A stretch of 64,000 nucleotides of DNA from Kondoa subrosea (lineage: Eukaryota): contig BCIN01000003.1 in NCBI GenBank assembly GCA_039545335.1, positions 62,001 through 126,000 of the forward strand. Direction: 5' to 3'. Both the position numbers and the translations under genes were made by a program. Shown one piece after another: positions 52,856 to 64,000 of the stretch. Numbering within the stretch: the first letter of the stretch is position 1; each line of letters starts with the position of its first letter. The notes beneath the pieces were generated by a model. It was not told the DNA's origin and ran no database searches. It saw only the letters and a list, made by a program, of their open reading frames with translations.

Positions 52856-55533
52856 ATGGCTTCCCTTGCTGATACTACCTTGATGGCTACGGCTGAATCG
52901 CAAACAAAGCGAATGTACAATGACCAAGATCTCGCTTCAGCCCACTTGAAAGAGAAGCGAACCAATTCCGATACTTCTGTACAGCAAGTTGATGGTCACC
53001 ATGGCTCTGACTATCCTTCTGAATCACAGCGAGCTTCCCTGCGAAGAATTCCTGGTAAGCTCTCCCTCATCCTAAATTTTCGCAATCTTCCCCGCTTATT
53101 TCTCCCAAATTTTCATAGGTACTATCAACTATGTCATTCTTACAGTGGCTTTCATTGAAGTCAGTCTCTCCACCAGTATGGCTAGATTATGCGCTTAATC
53201 TTCCTTTCTTCTTTCTCAGTTCGCCGAACGATTTTCATACTATGGTGCAACTGTCGTCTTCACCAATTTCATCCAGCAACCCCTTCCAGAAGGCAGCACG
53301 ACTGGTTCAATCAAGGGACTCCCAGGTGTTGAACTAGTGTAAGTTTTTCCTTGAAGGTCCACTTTCTTCTCATGCTTATCTGATCTGTTTTTAGACCTGG
53401 TGCTCTTGGCAAAGGTCAAAGGGCAGCTTTCGGTATCACCACCTTCAATTCCTTCTGGATCTATGTTACGCCAATCATGGGTGCCATTCTTGCTGAAACC
53501 GTGAGTCTTTCCCGTCTTTTCGTCATCGATTTGCAATCTGAGACATTTGTTCAGTACTGGGGACGATACAGGACTATCTGCTACGCTATCGCTATTGCCA
53601 TTGTTGGACATATCATGCTCATCATTTGCGCTATCCCGAGTGTCATCACAAACATCAATGCTTCTTTCGGACTTCTTAGTTAGTAATTGTTACAAACTTC
53701 ACGAAGGTGCTGAGTGGTGGCTGCAGTCGCTGCTATCATTGTTATGGGCGTTGGAACTGGATGGTTCAAGTCGAACGTCTCTCCCCTTATCGCGGAACAA
53801 ACACCTCACAAAGAACTGGCCTTGCAAACTCTCAAGTCTGGCGAAGTCGTTATTATTGATCCTGCCATGACTGTTTCACGAATTATGATGTACTTCTACC
53901 TTCTTGTCAACGTTGGAGCTCTTTCTGGTCAGATTGGAATGGTGTACGCGGAACAAGACATTGGTTTCTGGTTCTCGTAAGTTCTCTCTATTCTTTCTGT
54001 ATAATATTATCTAAAATGAAACGGTTTTTAGATACATGTTACCCACCATCGTTCTTTGCTTGACTCCTTTCGTGATGTGGTGGGGCAACAAGGTTCGTAG
54101 CGAGCGTCTGGTAATAACATCCGGCTTACATTTTGTTTCTTTAGCGTTACGTCAAGACTCCTCCTTCTGGATCAGTTTTCCTTGACGCCCTCCGTGTCAT
54201 TCGCTATGCACTCAAACCTTGCTACTCTCTCAACCCAGTTACTTTCTTCAAGAATGTCAAGTCTAACGATTTCTGGGAACGCGCTAAGCCATCTAACGCT
54301 GAACGTACTCCTGAAGGCAGACCAAACTGGATGACTTTCGATGATCTCTGGGTATCTCAAGTCCGACGTGGTCTCAAGGCATGCGAAGTCTTCATCCTCA
54401 TTCCCTTCTACTGGATTTGCTACAACCAAATGACTGGTAACTTGACATCTCAAGCCGCTACCAGTTAGTCTTCCGTTTGATGCCGCTCTGATTGACCCTG
54501 AGACGCCCTATAGTGACAAGAAACGGTGTACCAAACGATCTAATCAACAACTTGAACCCTATTTCTTTGGTCATTATGATTCCTATTATGGATCGCGTTG
54601 TCTACCCATTCCTACGCAAGAAGGGCTACAATTTCACTCCTATCAAGAAGATCACCCTTGGCTTCATGTTCGCCTCGCTTTCCATGGTTGTCGCTACTCT
54701 CACCCAACATTTCATTTACGTCGAATCTGCCTGCGGTTCTCAAGCTTCCACCTGTGACACCGTTGCTCCTATCAACGTGTGGGTGCAGACCCCCGCGTGA
54801 GCAGGCAAAATTTTTAGTTGTGTTGATAGCTAACAAAAACTTTTAGTTATGTTCTCATTGGTATTAGCGAAATTGTACGTTTTTCCATGCAGTACACAGA
54901 CTCTTAGCTAACACAGTCCTTTAGTTCACTTCCATCACCGGTCTTGAGTACGCTTTCACCAAGGCACCAGAGAACGTAAGTTTGCAGTCTGTCAGCTGTA
55001 ATGTTCTAGCTGACGTCTTTGTTTGCCAATTCATAGATGCGATCATTCGTTACTTCAATGTGGCTATTCACCAACGCCTTCTCTTCCGCTTTAGGTCAAG
55101 CCTTTGTTCCGTTATCGGAAGATCCTTTATTAGTATGTTTTGTCTCCCTCAGTCTGCTGAAAACATGCTGATTTGTATAATGGGTCTGGAACTATTTGAG
55201 TACTCATCTCCAAAGGCTATATTATCATCTCATAGATTCTACAGGGTGCTTTCGCAGTCATCTCCTTCGTTGCTGGTATTCTCTTTTGGTTCCTATTCAG
55301 AAAACTTGTAAGTACAATTGATCGCCTTAGATCTTCTGCGTATTCACGCATTCTCTCTCAGGACTCTGAAGAACATCAGCTCAACGACATGCGTCGTATC
55401 ACATATGAAAATCATGCACCACACTCAGGTTTGTTTCTTGTTTTGACTCTGCGTATCTATGCTAAATATTTATATAGGCATGGCACCGGCAGAAGCAGGA
55501 GCTGATGTTGGCTACGAAAAGGAAAGATATTAG
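52856..55533 (+). CDS. PTR2: POT/PTR-family di/tripeptide transporter
   Basis: EFAERFSYYG, GTGWFKSNVSP, FYLLVNVGAL, YNQMTGNLTSQA, GVPNDLINNLNP, TGLEYAFTKAP, EDPLLVWNYG (the last needs non-canonical splicing). Confidence 0.96.
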
Positions 55534-55699
55534 TCGTTTCCACCCTTGCATATATAGCATCAAAAAAACAACTGTTTAGTTTACGGGTATACATGTAGTC
55601 GGTTTGGAGATACGAATGTAATGCTTCTTAGCTATTTGAAATCTTTCCCTTGCGGTCGCATCTTTTCCGATTGCCGCTAGTACTCTCTTCACCTCGATA

Positions 55700-56514
55700 A
55701 CAACTATTACATGCATTCATACAAGTTTCGCTTGAATTGTTACAGTCGCCGTCATGAGAGCTCATATCAATCCCAAGCATGATTCTATTGCAACACTGTC
55801 AGCCGAATTGCTATGGCATGCCAAAGTCAGCGAAGACGACCAAACTTGCCTTTGCTAACTTGTCTTTCTCAATGATGAATTTTCCTGATAGCACATTTAG
55901 TTGACACTCACTCTAGCACAGATCTACTCACCCTCTTTGTACCGCTGAGAGTTATGATAAGCTCTCAGCTAGATCATTTGTCAGTCTGCAATCATTTGTT
56001 TGCGCGAGAGTTCTTACATATGTCCTGCCAGGGAAGCAAAGGTAAGCCGAGCAATGCGTATATGTCACTGATACTGACCATCCTATGCGAGTGTTGCAGC
56101 CTTTGCATTTCAAATCGGCTATAGTATGCATTCCCGTTCTGAGACAAAATCAGTATTCCGCTTGAGAATGATGGAAAGTAAGCATACAGGAGAAGCTTGT
56201 TTTCTTCTTTACCGATGTTCACGTTGACCCTACTAGAGCATAAGAATGGGTAAGGGCAACAGAAAATGTGGCTACAAACGCAGATCGAAGCAAGTAAGCG
56301 GGACCATCTCTTCCCGAGAAGGATTTGCTGATCAACTCATCTATGAGAGCTAGATCGCAGCTACAAACTGCACTGCAGACAGAACACGAACGAGAGTAAG
56401 AGAAATGACGCGAAGAAAAGATAACGGGAACGGAACCAGATGAAAGTAGGTTGATCATAGCTTGTCAAGACAGCCAAAGACTGCTCTCCAGGCTCTTGAG
56501 GACTATCAGTCATT
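55700..56514 (-). CDS. Possible small spliced hydrophobic protein (model unresolved)
   Basis: Hydrophobic ORF pieces (YLFFASFLLL; AFVATFSVALTHSYALVG) separated by GTGAAC/GTAAG/GTGAGT-like donors on the minus strand. Confidence 0.3.
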
Positions 56515-56844
56515 GCCCACCACTGACGGCAGGCGAGAAGAGGAGCGAGAGACGCTTCGGCTTGAGATGAAATTGTATTTTTCGAATTTCGTTCGTTGTC
56601 TCGTGTCAATCATCTCACATAGCCTCGCCTTCCACTGCCTTGCAGCCACTTGATCTGCACCCACCACACATCACCAGGGCTACCCTATCTTGCCCCTTTG
56701 ACCAGTTGTAACGGCCGCTTCAGCATCAGACAAAGGAAACCGAATTCACGCTTGGCACTCGAATCCAGCTTGACATCTGTGCTGCGCATCACATACTCGT
56801 GGTCTTACTAGTCACCAGTCTATCAAGCAACCGTTCTTGCAAAG

Positions 56845-58241
56845 ATGTTCGGCCTTACTTCGCTTGTGGGCTGCATGGTCCTGGCTTCTGCAGCTTTCGC
56901 GCAATCAGAATATACTCTCGAGACCTCACTAGGAGCCAACTATAGGTCAGTCTTATTTCTCTCCTAATCAATTCCGTCGTCCGTGGGCCTAAATGGAAGC
57001 CTTATGTTTCACTAATATAGCTATGCCGTGCATCAACCGCTTAACTATTCAAACTCGACTGCTCCTCCTGCTATTCTTTACTTGGGTGGAACAGGGTCTC
57101 AGTACCTTCAGGGCCAAACGCAAGCTATAGAAAGAGTAGTGGTATGTCATCTCCCAAGATTAGATACTTGATCGCGGGGGTTGCTAATTCAATAAAAAAA
57201 AAACGGCATAGTCTTTCGGCGGTCCTGGTTGGAGAATAGATCAGTACTACAATGGAACGAGAGATGAAGTTAACGTGCTGGCTACGGAACAGTGCGTGCG
57301 AGGTTAACCTATTGTTGGAATAATCTGATTCAATGATGCCTTTCATCACAGATTCCTGACCATCATCCCAGTCTTTGAAGTGGAACCGTTAGAGTAAGCT
57401 TGCTCATGGTGTCCAAGCTGTCCGCTGAAGTTGCCATCAGTCATCAATGGAATGAAGCTGCTGTTTTGGCTGTTCTAGCTGATGCGAGGTCGAAGTTCGT
57501 TTGGGATGATACTCGACTGTATTTGGCTACTTTCTCAATGGTTAGTGATTCTTGCTGTAGATCCACAGTCGAATCTCACAGCATGTTACAGGGCGCACGA
57601 ACAGCTTGGCCATTACTGATCGCAAACTCGAGTATCTTTGCGGCAGCTACCATTGCAGCAGGTGTACCAGTCTTGGACGTTGAAAGCCGAACTCCAGCAA
57701 TCAACTACACCGGCATGGAACTGCTTGGCAATATTCCCATTATCCAGTACGCCGGTCGACAGGATTATGAGAATGCTTCGCAAGTATGGGAGCATCAAGC
57801 GTGAGGGCCTCTGGAGCATCAGTAGAATTGCTGATTTCTCATTTGACCATTGCAGTGTTCAGGATCATCTGACGAACGATCTTGGCTTCACCAACGTTAA
57901 CCTTACTATTGAAGAGAACGCTACACATGGTGATATGCAACAAGTTCCATTCACTTCCGATCTCTTCTACTTCTTCCTCAATCATACTGGAAACGGCACC
58001 GCAGCAAGTGAGTCTTTCGAGTTTCCCCAGAAATTTCGCTGACAAGATAAAAAAAGGCATAGCTGGAACCGCTGGTATCGCATCAAGCAGTCTTCTGCCA
58101 ACGTCAGGTGTATTACCAGCTGCAAGTACAGCCGGATCCATAGCTGCAGCAGCAAAAGATTCAAGCGCAACATCATCAATAGTCGTCAGCAGCGCATTAG
58201 CAAGTCTCATGATCATCACTGGTCTCTGCATAGTATTCTAA
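56845..58241 (+). CDS. Secreted, probably GPI-anchored alpha/beta hydrolase-like protein
   Basis: Signal MFGLTSLVGCMVLASAAFA, PAILYLGGTG, DDTRLYLATFSMGART, YAGRQD, NATHGDM. Ser/Ala stalk, hydrophobic tail and several NxS/T sequons. Confidence 0.75.
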
Positions 58242-58851
58242 AGAAACAAGCTATCTTCTTTTATCCCTCGTTCTCGCAAGCATCATTGAAGCATCATACA
58301 AGAGAAACTTCGGACATTTTTTTCTGCAATTGTAAATACATTCATTGGTGCATGAGCATAGGTCATTTAGAAATCTATCGTCGCTCTCTTTGTACATACA
58401 CGTTTAGCTAATTGCATAGTCGACAAGAGCTGAAACTAATAAGACCGTCTGTATTCAATTTCAGGCGACTGATCTAGAGCTAACTTGCCAGCGTCGGTGA
58501 CCTGTGTGTGAGCTGCAAAGCTGTGCCAGCCTGGGATACCGCTTCTTCTTGTGTCGCACGTGACTTTGAGACTTCAACCATGCTTACGTGATGTAAATGG
58601 AATTTCGTTAGTCTTCTGATAACACTGTCCAGGCTTCTCTCAATTCCTCCAGAACCCATCAAACGATCATAGAATCAGATCTTGCATCCATATGGGCGTG
58701 AGTTGACCTTTATCTGCTTCCTTTCCCTTGGTTGGCGAAAATCGCACATACCCCCCTATTCAACCTGTTAGCAATTCTCGACTATACCAGGCAGAGCGCT
58801 GCTCTGTAGCACCTCTTCAATACCTCTGACCTTGCCTGGATCAAAGCTAGC

Positions 58852-61603
58852 ATGGCTGCAACAGTTCAATTGTTGTTCCCGCTAGCAGCTCATGATCTTG
58901 CCAAATGGACTCGTTTCGCTCTCAAAGGTGGAATAGGTCAGTGGTTTTTTGTCGTTATACCCGTAAAAGACTGAATGGATTCCTCCAGGCCAAGGAGTCG
59001 CTCTGGAAGATCGAATGCAAGAAGATCCAATGACTTTCGACTTGATGTTCCTTCGAGGAGATGTCATTACGCTCTTGATGGAACTACCTAAGCAGCATGA
59101 GGCAGAAGAGAAAGTCTACTTTGGATTTTGCGAAGATGTACTTGGACTATTGAATGCTAGCGATGTATTGATTCAGGGGAGACTGAAGAAACCGGTTTTG
59201 AACAAGAGGAAGAAGAAAGAGGTTGTTCAGATTGATCAAATTGGCTTGGGTCTGGGACTACAAGCTAATATCCAACACGAAGAAGGATGGGCAAATCATC
59301 GTGAGTTTGTATTCACAGCAGTAACCAATTCAAGCTGAGAGATGGTGCCAGGAACAGAGTCTTCTGAAGAGACGCTCGCTAGCGGAGTACTCTCACCTAC
59401 CTCTTCTGAGATGTGTACACCCTTACTCGACTATGCTGAATCAACTCCTGGATCTACACCTATGTCCATCACCCATGGCCCTTCCACGCCGCCTATTGAT
59501 GATCACGAAACTGTATCCTTTGGCTCTCCTACTAGCGACAATGGCGATTTCTTTGATCTATACCGCAGATCAGTAGTTGAGGATCCTGACAACATGGATG
59601 ATGAGGACAGCGGTTTAGCTTACATGTCAGGGTCACAATCATGCTCTATTCAATCGCATGATATGGCAGATGATTCAGCAGCAGAACACTTGGGCGTGCT
59701 CATGGCTGATTTGAGTACAAAATCCACCGTACCTATAGTCGCAGCTCGAAAGCTCTCTTACACTCAGCCTATACATATTCCTGGTCTTGCAAGTCGTATC
59801 CGAAAGCAGCGAGAAGTAGAAAACAAGCTCTCTACTTCGACTTCTACTGTGTTGGCCGAACCGTATCAACAGCAAGAGCACTTTCCTCTTCATGGCCCTT
59901 CCTCAATCGCGGCTAAAGAGATCGTATATGCGCCTTCTTCGGCTCCTTTTACTCCTCACAGAGCACCACCTCCACCAGTAGAAGGTCTTCAGCCTGGCTT
60001 TCGATTCCCAGCGCCTCGATCTTTTTCTTCTCCTGAATCTCAGACTAGATCGAGACCTGCACCTCTTAAAGTGACTCAGTACCGCCAAGATAACCTTTCA
60101 CCTTCTTATCCGAGTCCAGCTCTCCTTCATCCTTCTTTACCTTTTCCACCTGGTTCGGCGGCATCCGCCTCATCTTTCGACACCTACGCTACAGCTTTCG
60201 CCGAATCACCATCTTCTCGGAAAGACTCCATACCAGGTCAAAGATCTGTCTCAGATTCGCGTCATCCTTATTCGCCTGTCGATTTTACCAAACCCAAACC
60301 TTCCTCTTCGACTTCTTCAAGATTCGATCTAGCTTTAGATTCACCGGCCAGTTTCACTTCAGCTCATTCTTCTCAACCTACTACTCGCGTCTTACCTAAA
60401 ATCTCTGGGGAATTGGTTCGAAGTAAAGAAGCCGGGGATTTCGAACTTGTTCAACCCGTTTTTACACTGTACGCTACTGATATCAATGACCGGACCGGAG
60501 AAGAAGAGTCGGAATTAGATGGTCCAGCAGTGTGGAAGCCTACTTTGGAAACTCGAGCTCATTTGAGGAGATCCATGATGGTTGAAGCGCGGGATGACAT
60601 GGAAGAAGGAAAGAAGTCTATGTCTGCCCTGAGAAGACCCAGTAGAGACTCGAATAAGACTGGCGAAAACAGCCCGAAATTTGTCAAGAGCACATTGGGA
60701 TATAAACAAAAAGAAGCGAAATGGTTGGCTGTAATGAGTAAAGGCGGGACTTCAGTCAGGAAAAGTAAGATCATCAAGAAGCTTGTTCGAGTGAGTGCAT
60801 TTGTAAGCTCAAAAGGGTGTGAGCTGACATCCTGGCCATAGTCTGGCATTCCTAGTTCCGTCCGAAGTAAGGCTTGGAGCTTCTTGACCAACGCAGACGA
60901 ATTCAGAAAAGAAGGTATCTACTACGATCTGTCCTCGCGAGACGATACTGCAATATCTCCAATTATTGAGCAAGACTTGGACAAGCTCTACGACGAGCAT
61001 CCTCTTTTTCAAGGTTCTTCTGCGCCATATCGCTCAGACTGCACAGCAATACTCCGTGCATATTCTGTCATCTCTCCTGATCTTTATAATGCGGCTCATC
61101 CTATCATTGTCGCCTTTCTTCTGCAATTCTGTCCAGCTGAAGACGCTTTCTGGTTACTGATTGCCATAACAAGACGGATCTCTTTTCTTCAACAACCTAA
61201 AACCACAAGTATACCACGTCTTTCTTATTTACTATCGCAATTACTAGCGATATCAGAACCCAAAATAGCTCAAAGACTCAAACTAGAGAGTATTGATTCT
61301 TCAATATGGGTTGAATCATGGATCCTGCCACTCTTCATACAATCGCTTTCATACACGACAATGGTCAGAGTCTTTGACATTATGCTCTACGAGGGCGACC
61401 ACTTCATCTTGCAAGTCTGCTTGGCAATGTTCGACCTGATGCGAAATCAGCTGCTTGACCCTCATGCAGATATCATGCACCTCATACAGCATCCACCAGA
61501 AGATCTGCTCGATGCACACTCGCTTTTGGCGACTGCTTTGACAACGAAAATTTCGCCAGGAGCAATTAGAAGGCTACAAGTACTGGCCAAACAGCAGCGA
61601 TAG
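58852..61603 (+). CDS. TBC (Rab-GAP) domain protein with N-terminal SH3-like domain
   Basis: WTRFALKGGIG...DLMFLRGDVITLL, long S/P-rich linker, KKLVRSGIPSSVRSKAW, EDAFWLL, VRVFDIMLYEG. Confidence 0.85.
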
Positions 61604-61719
61604 TCACTCGTATACATTTGGGTTTTCATAGTTCAGATAGCTTCCTTTCTGTGCATGGTATTTTTTGCATTGGATATACACCTAGGAGACCTTCAACGCC
61701 GAGCATACATAAGGCCCAC

Positions 61720-63047
61720 TCACTTCTCCTCGTCCGAAATATCCCCCTTGACTTGATCTGGAATACCTTGCATGTCTGTGCCCAAGAAGCGTACTTGGTT
61801 TGCATGAGCATCTCTGGAACAATCACCAGCGAGAACGCAATTCCATGCGAAACAGGTCTTCTTAGCATCTTTTGCTGACTTCAAGCGATAACGGAGAACA
61901 ACTTTCTGAGCAAAAACGGTGTGAGAAGTGCATGATCCGCATTGCCAATCTTCCAATTCGTCCCCAAAGCCGAACATGGCCTTGAGCAGAGGCAAACCCG
62001 GATCCCCCCAACCCTCGCGAGGATTTCCTGTAGCCGCGAATTGAAGGAGACTAGCGGAAGAAATTTATAAACCATGAGGTTGAGAATGTAACATCCAGGA
62101 ATGCCGATCACAACTCACTCCCACATAGCTGACATCGCGCCTACGAAAGTCGTACGAGAGTCATGAACGATCAAGGGCATATTTCTGGGTGAACTGGCCG
62201 AATCGTTCGTACTACCAGATCCAAATTGAACGATAGCGTGATCTTCCCATCGCACCTTTGCAATGACTTCATTCAAGCCAGCAATGTGGGCATCCTTGAA
62301 ATCAAGAAACATTCTGCATGCGGAATAACCACTGATGTATTTTCAATCTGGAGTCTTAAAGCTATAAAGTACAATCAGTTATACTTCCGGACCATCGAAA
62401 AGACCGAACATACGTAAGAGAAATGTCACGCAATACGACTTGACCGTATTTCCCGCCGTCAAATTTTGCGGGTTGCTTTTCCCCATCGTACCACGGTTCC
62501 TCGCAAGTATCGTACCGCTCGTCTATCTGTAGAGGTTCTACAACGGCATCCTTCTCACCGATTTCTGACTGAATCGAGGCCAACAAATCGTCCAGGCAAA
62601 AGAACTCTGCTTCTTGTCGCAAAGCGCGAAGGGTGACAGGAATAGACATGGTCCTTGGGCAAGCTTGTCGATCGAGCGGAAATAGAGGATAAGAACTGAG
62701 ATGCTGAACAATGAGCTGAAAGAGCTCGGGACAGCGATCATGTAAAGAGATAGAGCGAGTTGTAGCTTCTGCAAATTCACCTAGGAAGGCTTGAGTGAAA
62801 TAGTTTGGGCTATCAAATTGGATTTGATTATTCGAAAGCCAGAAGACCTGATCGCGAATCTTGACGCGGTAGAGCTCATCTTTGTCGTCCTTGTCGTCAC
62901 AAGAGGGACAGACCAAGGCAGGCTGCAAAAGAAGGTCGAGCGATGAGCTCACTGCAACACTCGAGACATCGACAGAAACCCGATCAGAGAGCTTACACGC
63001 TTTGCAGGAACCTCGGTTACAGGATCTTCAGCAGCTCTCTTACTCAT
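61720..63047 (-). CDS. Fungal BTB/POZ-domain protein
   Basis: First exon MSKRAAEDPVTEVPAKR spliced to FWLSNNQIQFDSPNYFTQAFLGEFAE...DRCPELFQLIVQHLSSY...EAEFFCLDDL. Confidence 0.8.
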
Positions 63048-63270
63048 CTGGTATAAAGGCAGATTGACTGGTATCAGTGGTGGTAAGCGGAAAAGCCTGA
63101 GACCTTGTCTATACTCGAGTTGCGTTAAGCTGACTAGGGCAAAAATGCGGTAGCCGACACAGCAAGCAAACAGCTAGAAAGAATAAGAATACAATGGGGG
63201 CACTAAACTGATCTGTTTCGCATGTATAACAGCCCAAAACTATTGAAGACCCGATTTGTAGACGATCAAT

Positions 63271-64000
63271 CTACCAGATCTTCTCACCGACTAAAAGGCC
63301 CAGATGAGCTCATATGAAGACAAGCCATACATAGCGACTTACTCCTGGTTCCGATTCCTCGTGGTTTACCTGCGATTGAGGCTTCGTAGGCTTGAGTATA
63401 AGCTTCTATTGCTTCGAGACCCTTTTTCAGGAAAAATGAACATGAGCGAACGTGAGTAGCTACTGAAAATCAATTTGGCCTTACACTAGTCAGATCGACT
63501 TCATGGCCGCGCTGGAACTTGGTCCGCTTGATGAGCTTCCAACCGGCGGCGAGAATAATGACAATGAAGATCATGCCGTAGCTGCAAGAATATTAGCAAC
63601 CTCTGAAAAGGTCGAGTTCAGGCTTACGAGAAGATAAATTGATCCGCGGCAAACGCTCCAGGCAAGAAGACGTAATATCCCGAAATACTGAAAGCAGAAG
63701 TGAATAAGACTTGTAAATTGAGTTCACAGATTTGGCTTACAGAAGAACAAGAATGGACATGATTAAGGCATACCAAGCGGCGAAAGGTTGCAGTTTTGAC
63801 TTGTATGGCAAAAATTCATCTCTAGATAAACCTTGCTTCTTCATGGCGTTGTTGAAGCGCAACCAGGTACTTAGAAACAAGATTCAGCTTGACCCAGGTA
63901 ATCTTTCGAAAGGGCTTACGAAGACATGATCTGTGCACGCAAAGTCAGCATATGAGTTGTGAAGAACAAGATGGACGGACGATCCAGTTGAGCAGCTGTG
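63271..64000 (-). CDS. C-terminal part of an APC-family amino-acid permease (Agp2-like), truncated by the window edge
   Basis: QLLNWIIMSSTWLRFNNAMKKQG, LPYKSKLQPFAAWYA, FSYGMIF, GWKLIKRTK, EVDL. Spliced end IGEKIW, then TAG. Confidence 0.88.

Overview
Eukaryotic window from a compact, intron-dense fungal genome, very probably a basidiomycete (inferred from ~50-60 nt spliceosomal introns with GTRAGT/GTYNGT donors and CTRAY-type branch points, many microexons, and the gene families). I rebuilt about 28 mostly multi-exon genes by hand. They include a Wsc/Mid2-like sensor, an APH/ACAD10-11-type phosphotransferase, a class III chitin synthase, an MP88-like GPI mannoprotein, DIS3, GCP3/Spc98, a carboxylesterase, a MATH-BTB protein, a PMU1-like phosphatase, a Pex14/17/33-like protein, a Baeyer-Villiger monooxygenase, Osh1/2, OMA1, a Crz1-like C2H2 factor, an RraA-like protein, an SMG6-like PIN nuclease, SEC61, cysteine synthase, PTR2, a GPI alpha/beta hydrolase, a TBC protein, a BTB protein and an amino-acid permease. 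I saw no tRNA, rRNA, CRISPR array or transposon. The strongest signals concern splicing. OMA1 matches its family motif best if a U2-like AT-AC intron is removed. PTR2 has an intact 12-nt microexon (VWNY) flanked by a GG acceptor and a TT donor. Exons of 7-15 nt recur in conserved motifs. Gene boundaries are manual models, so some starts are uncertain and all family calls come from motif recognition, not database searches.
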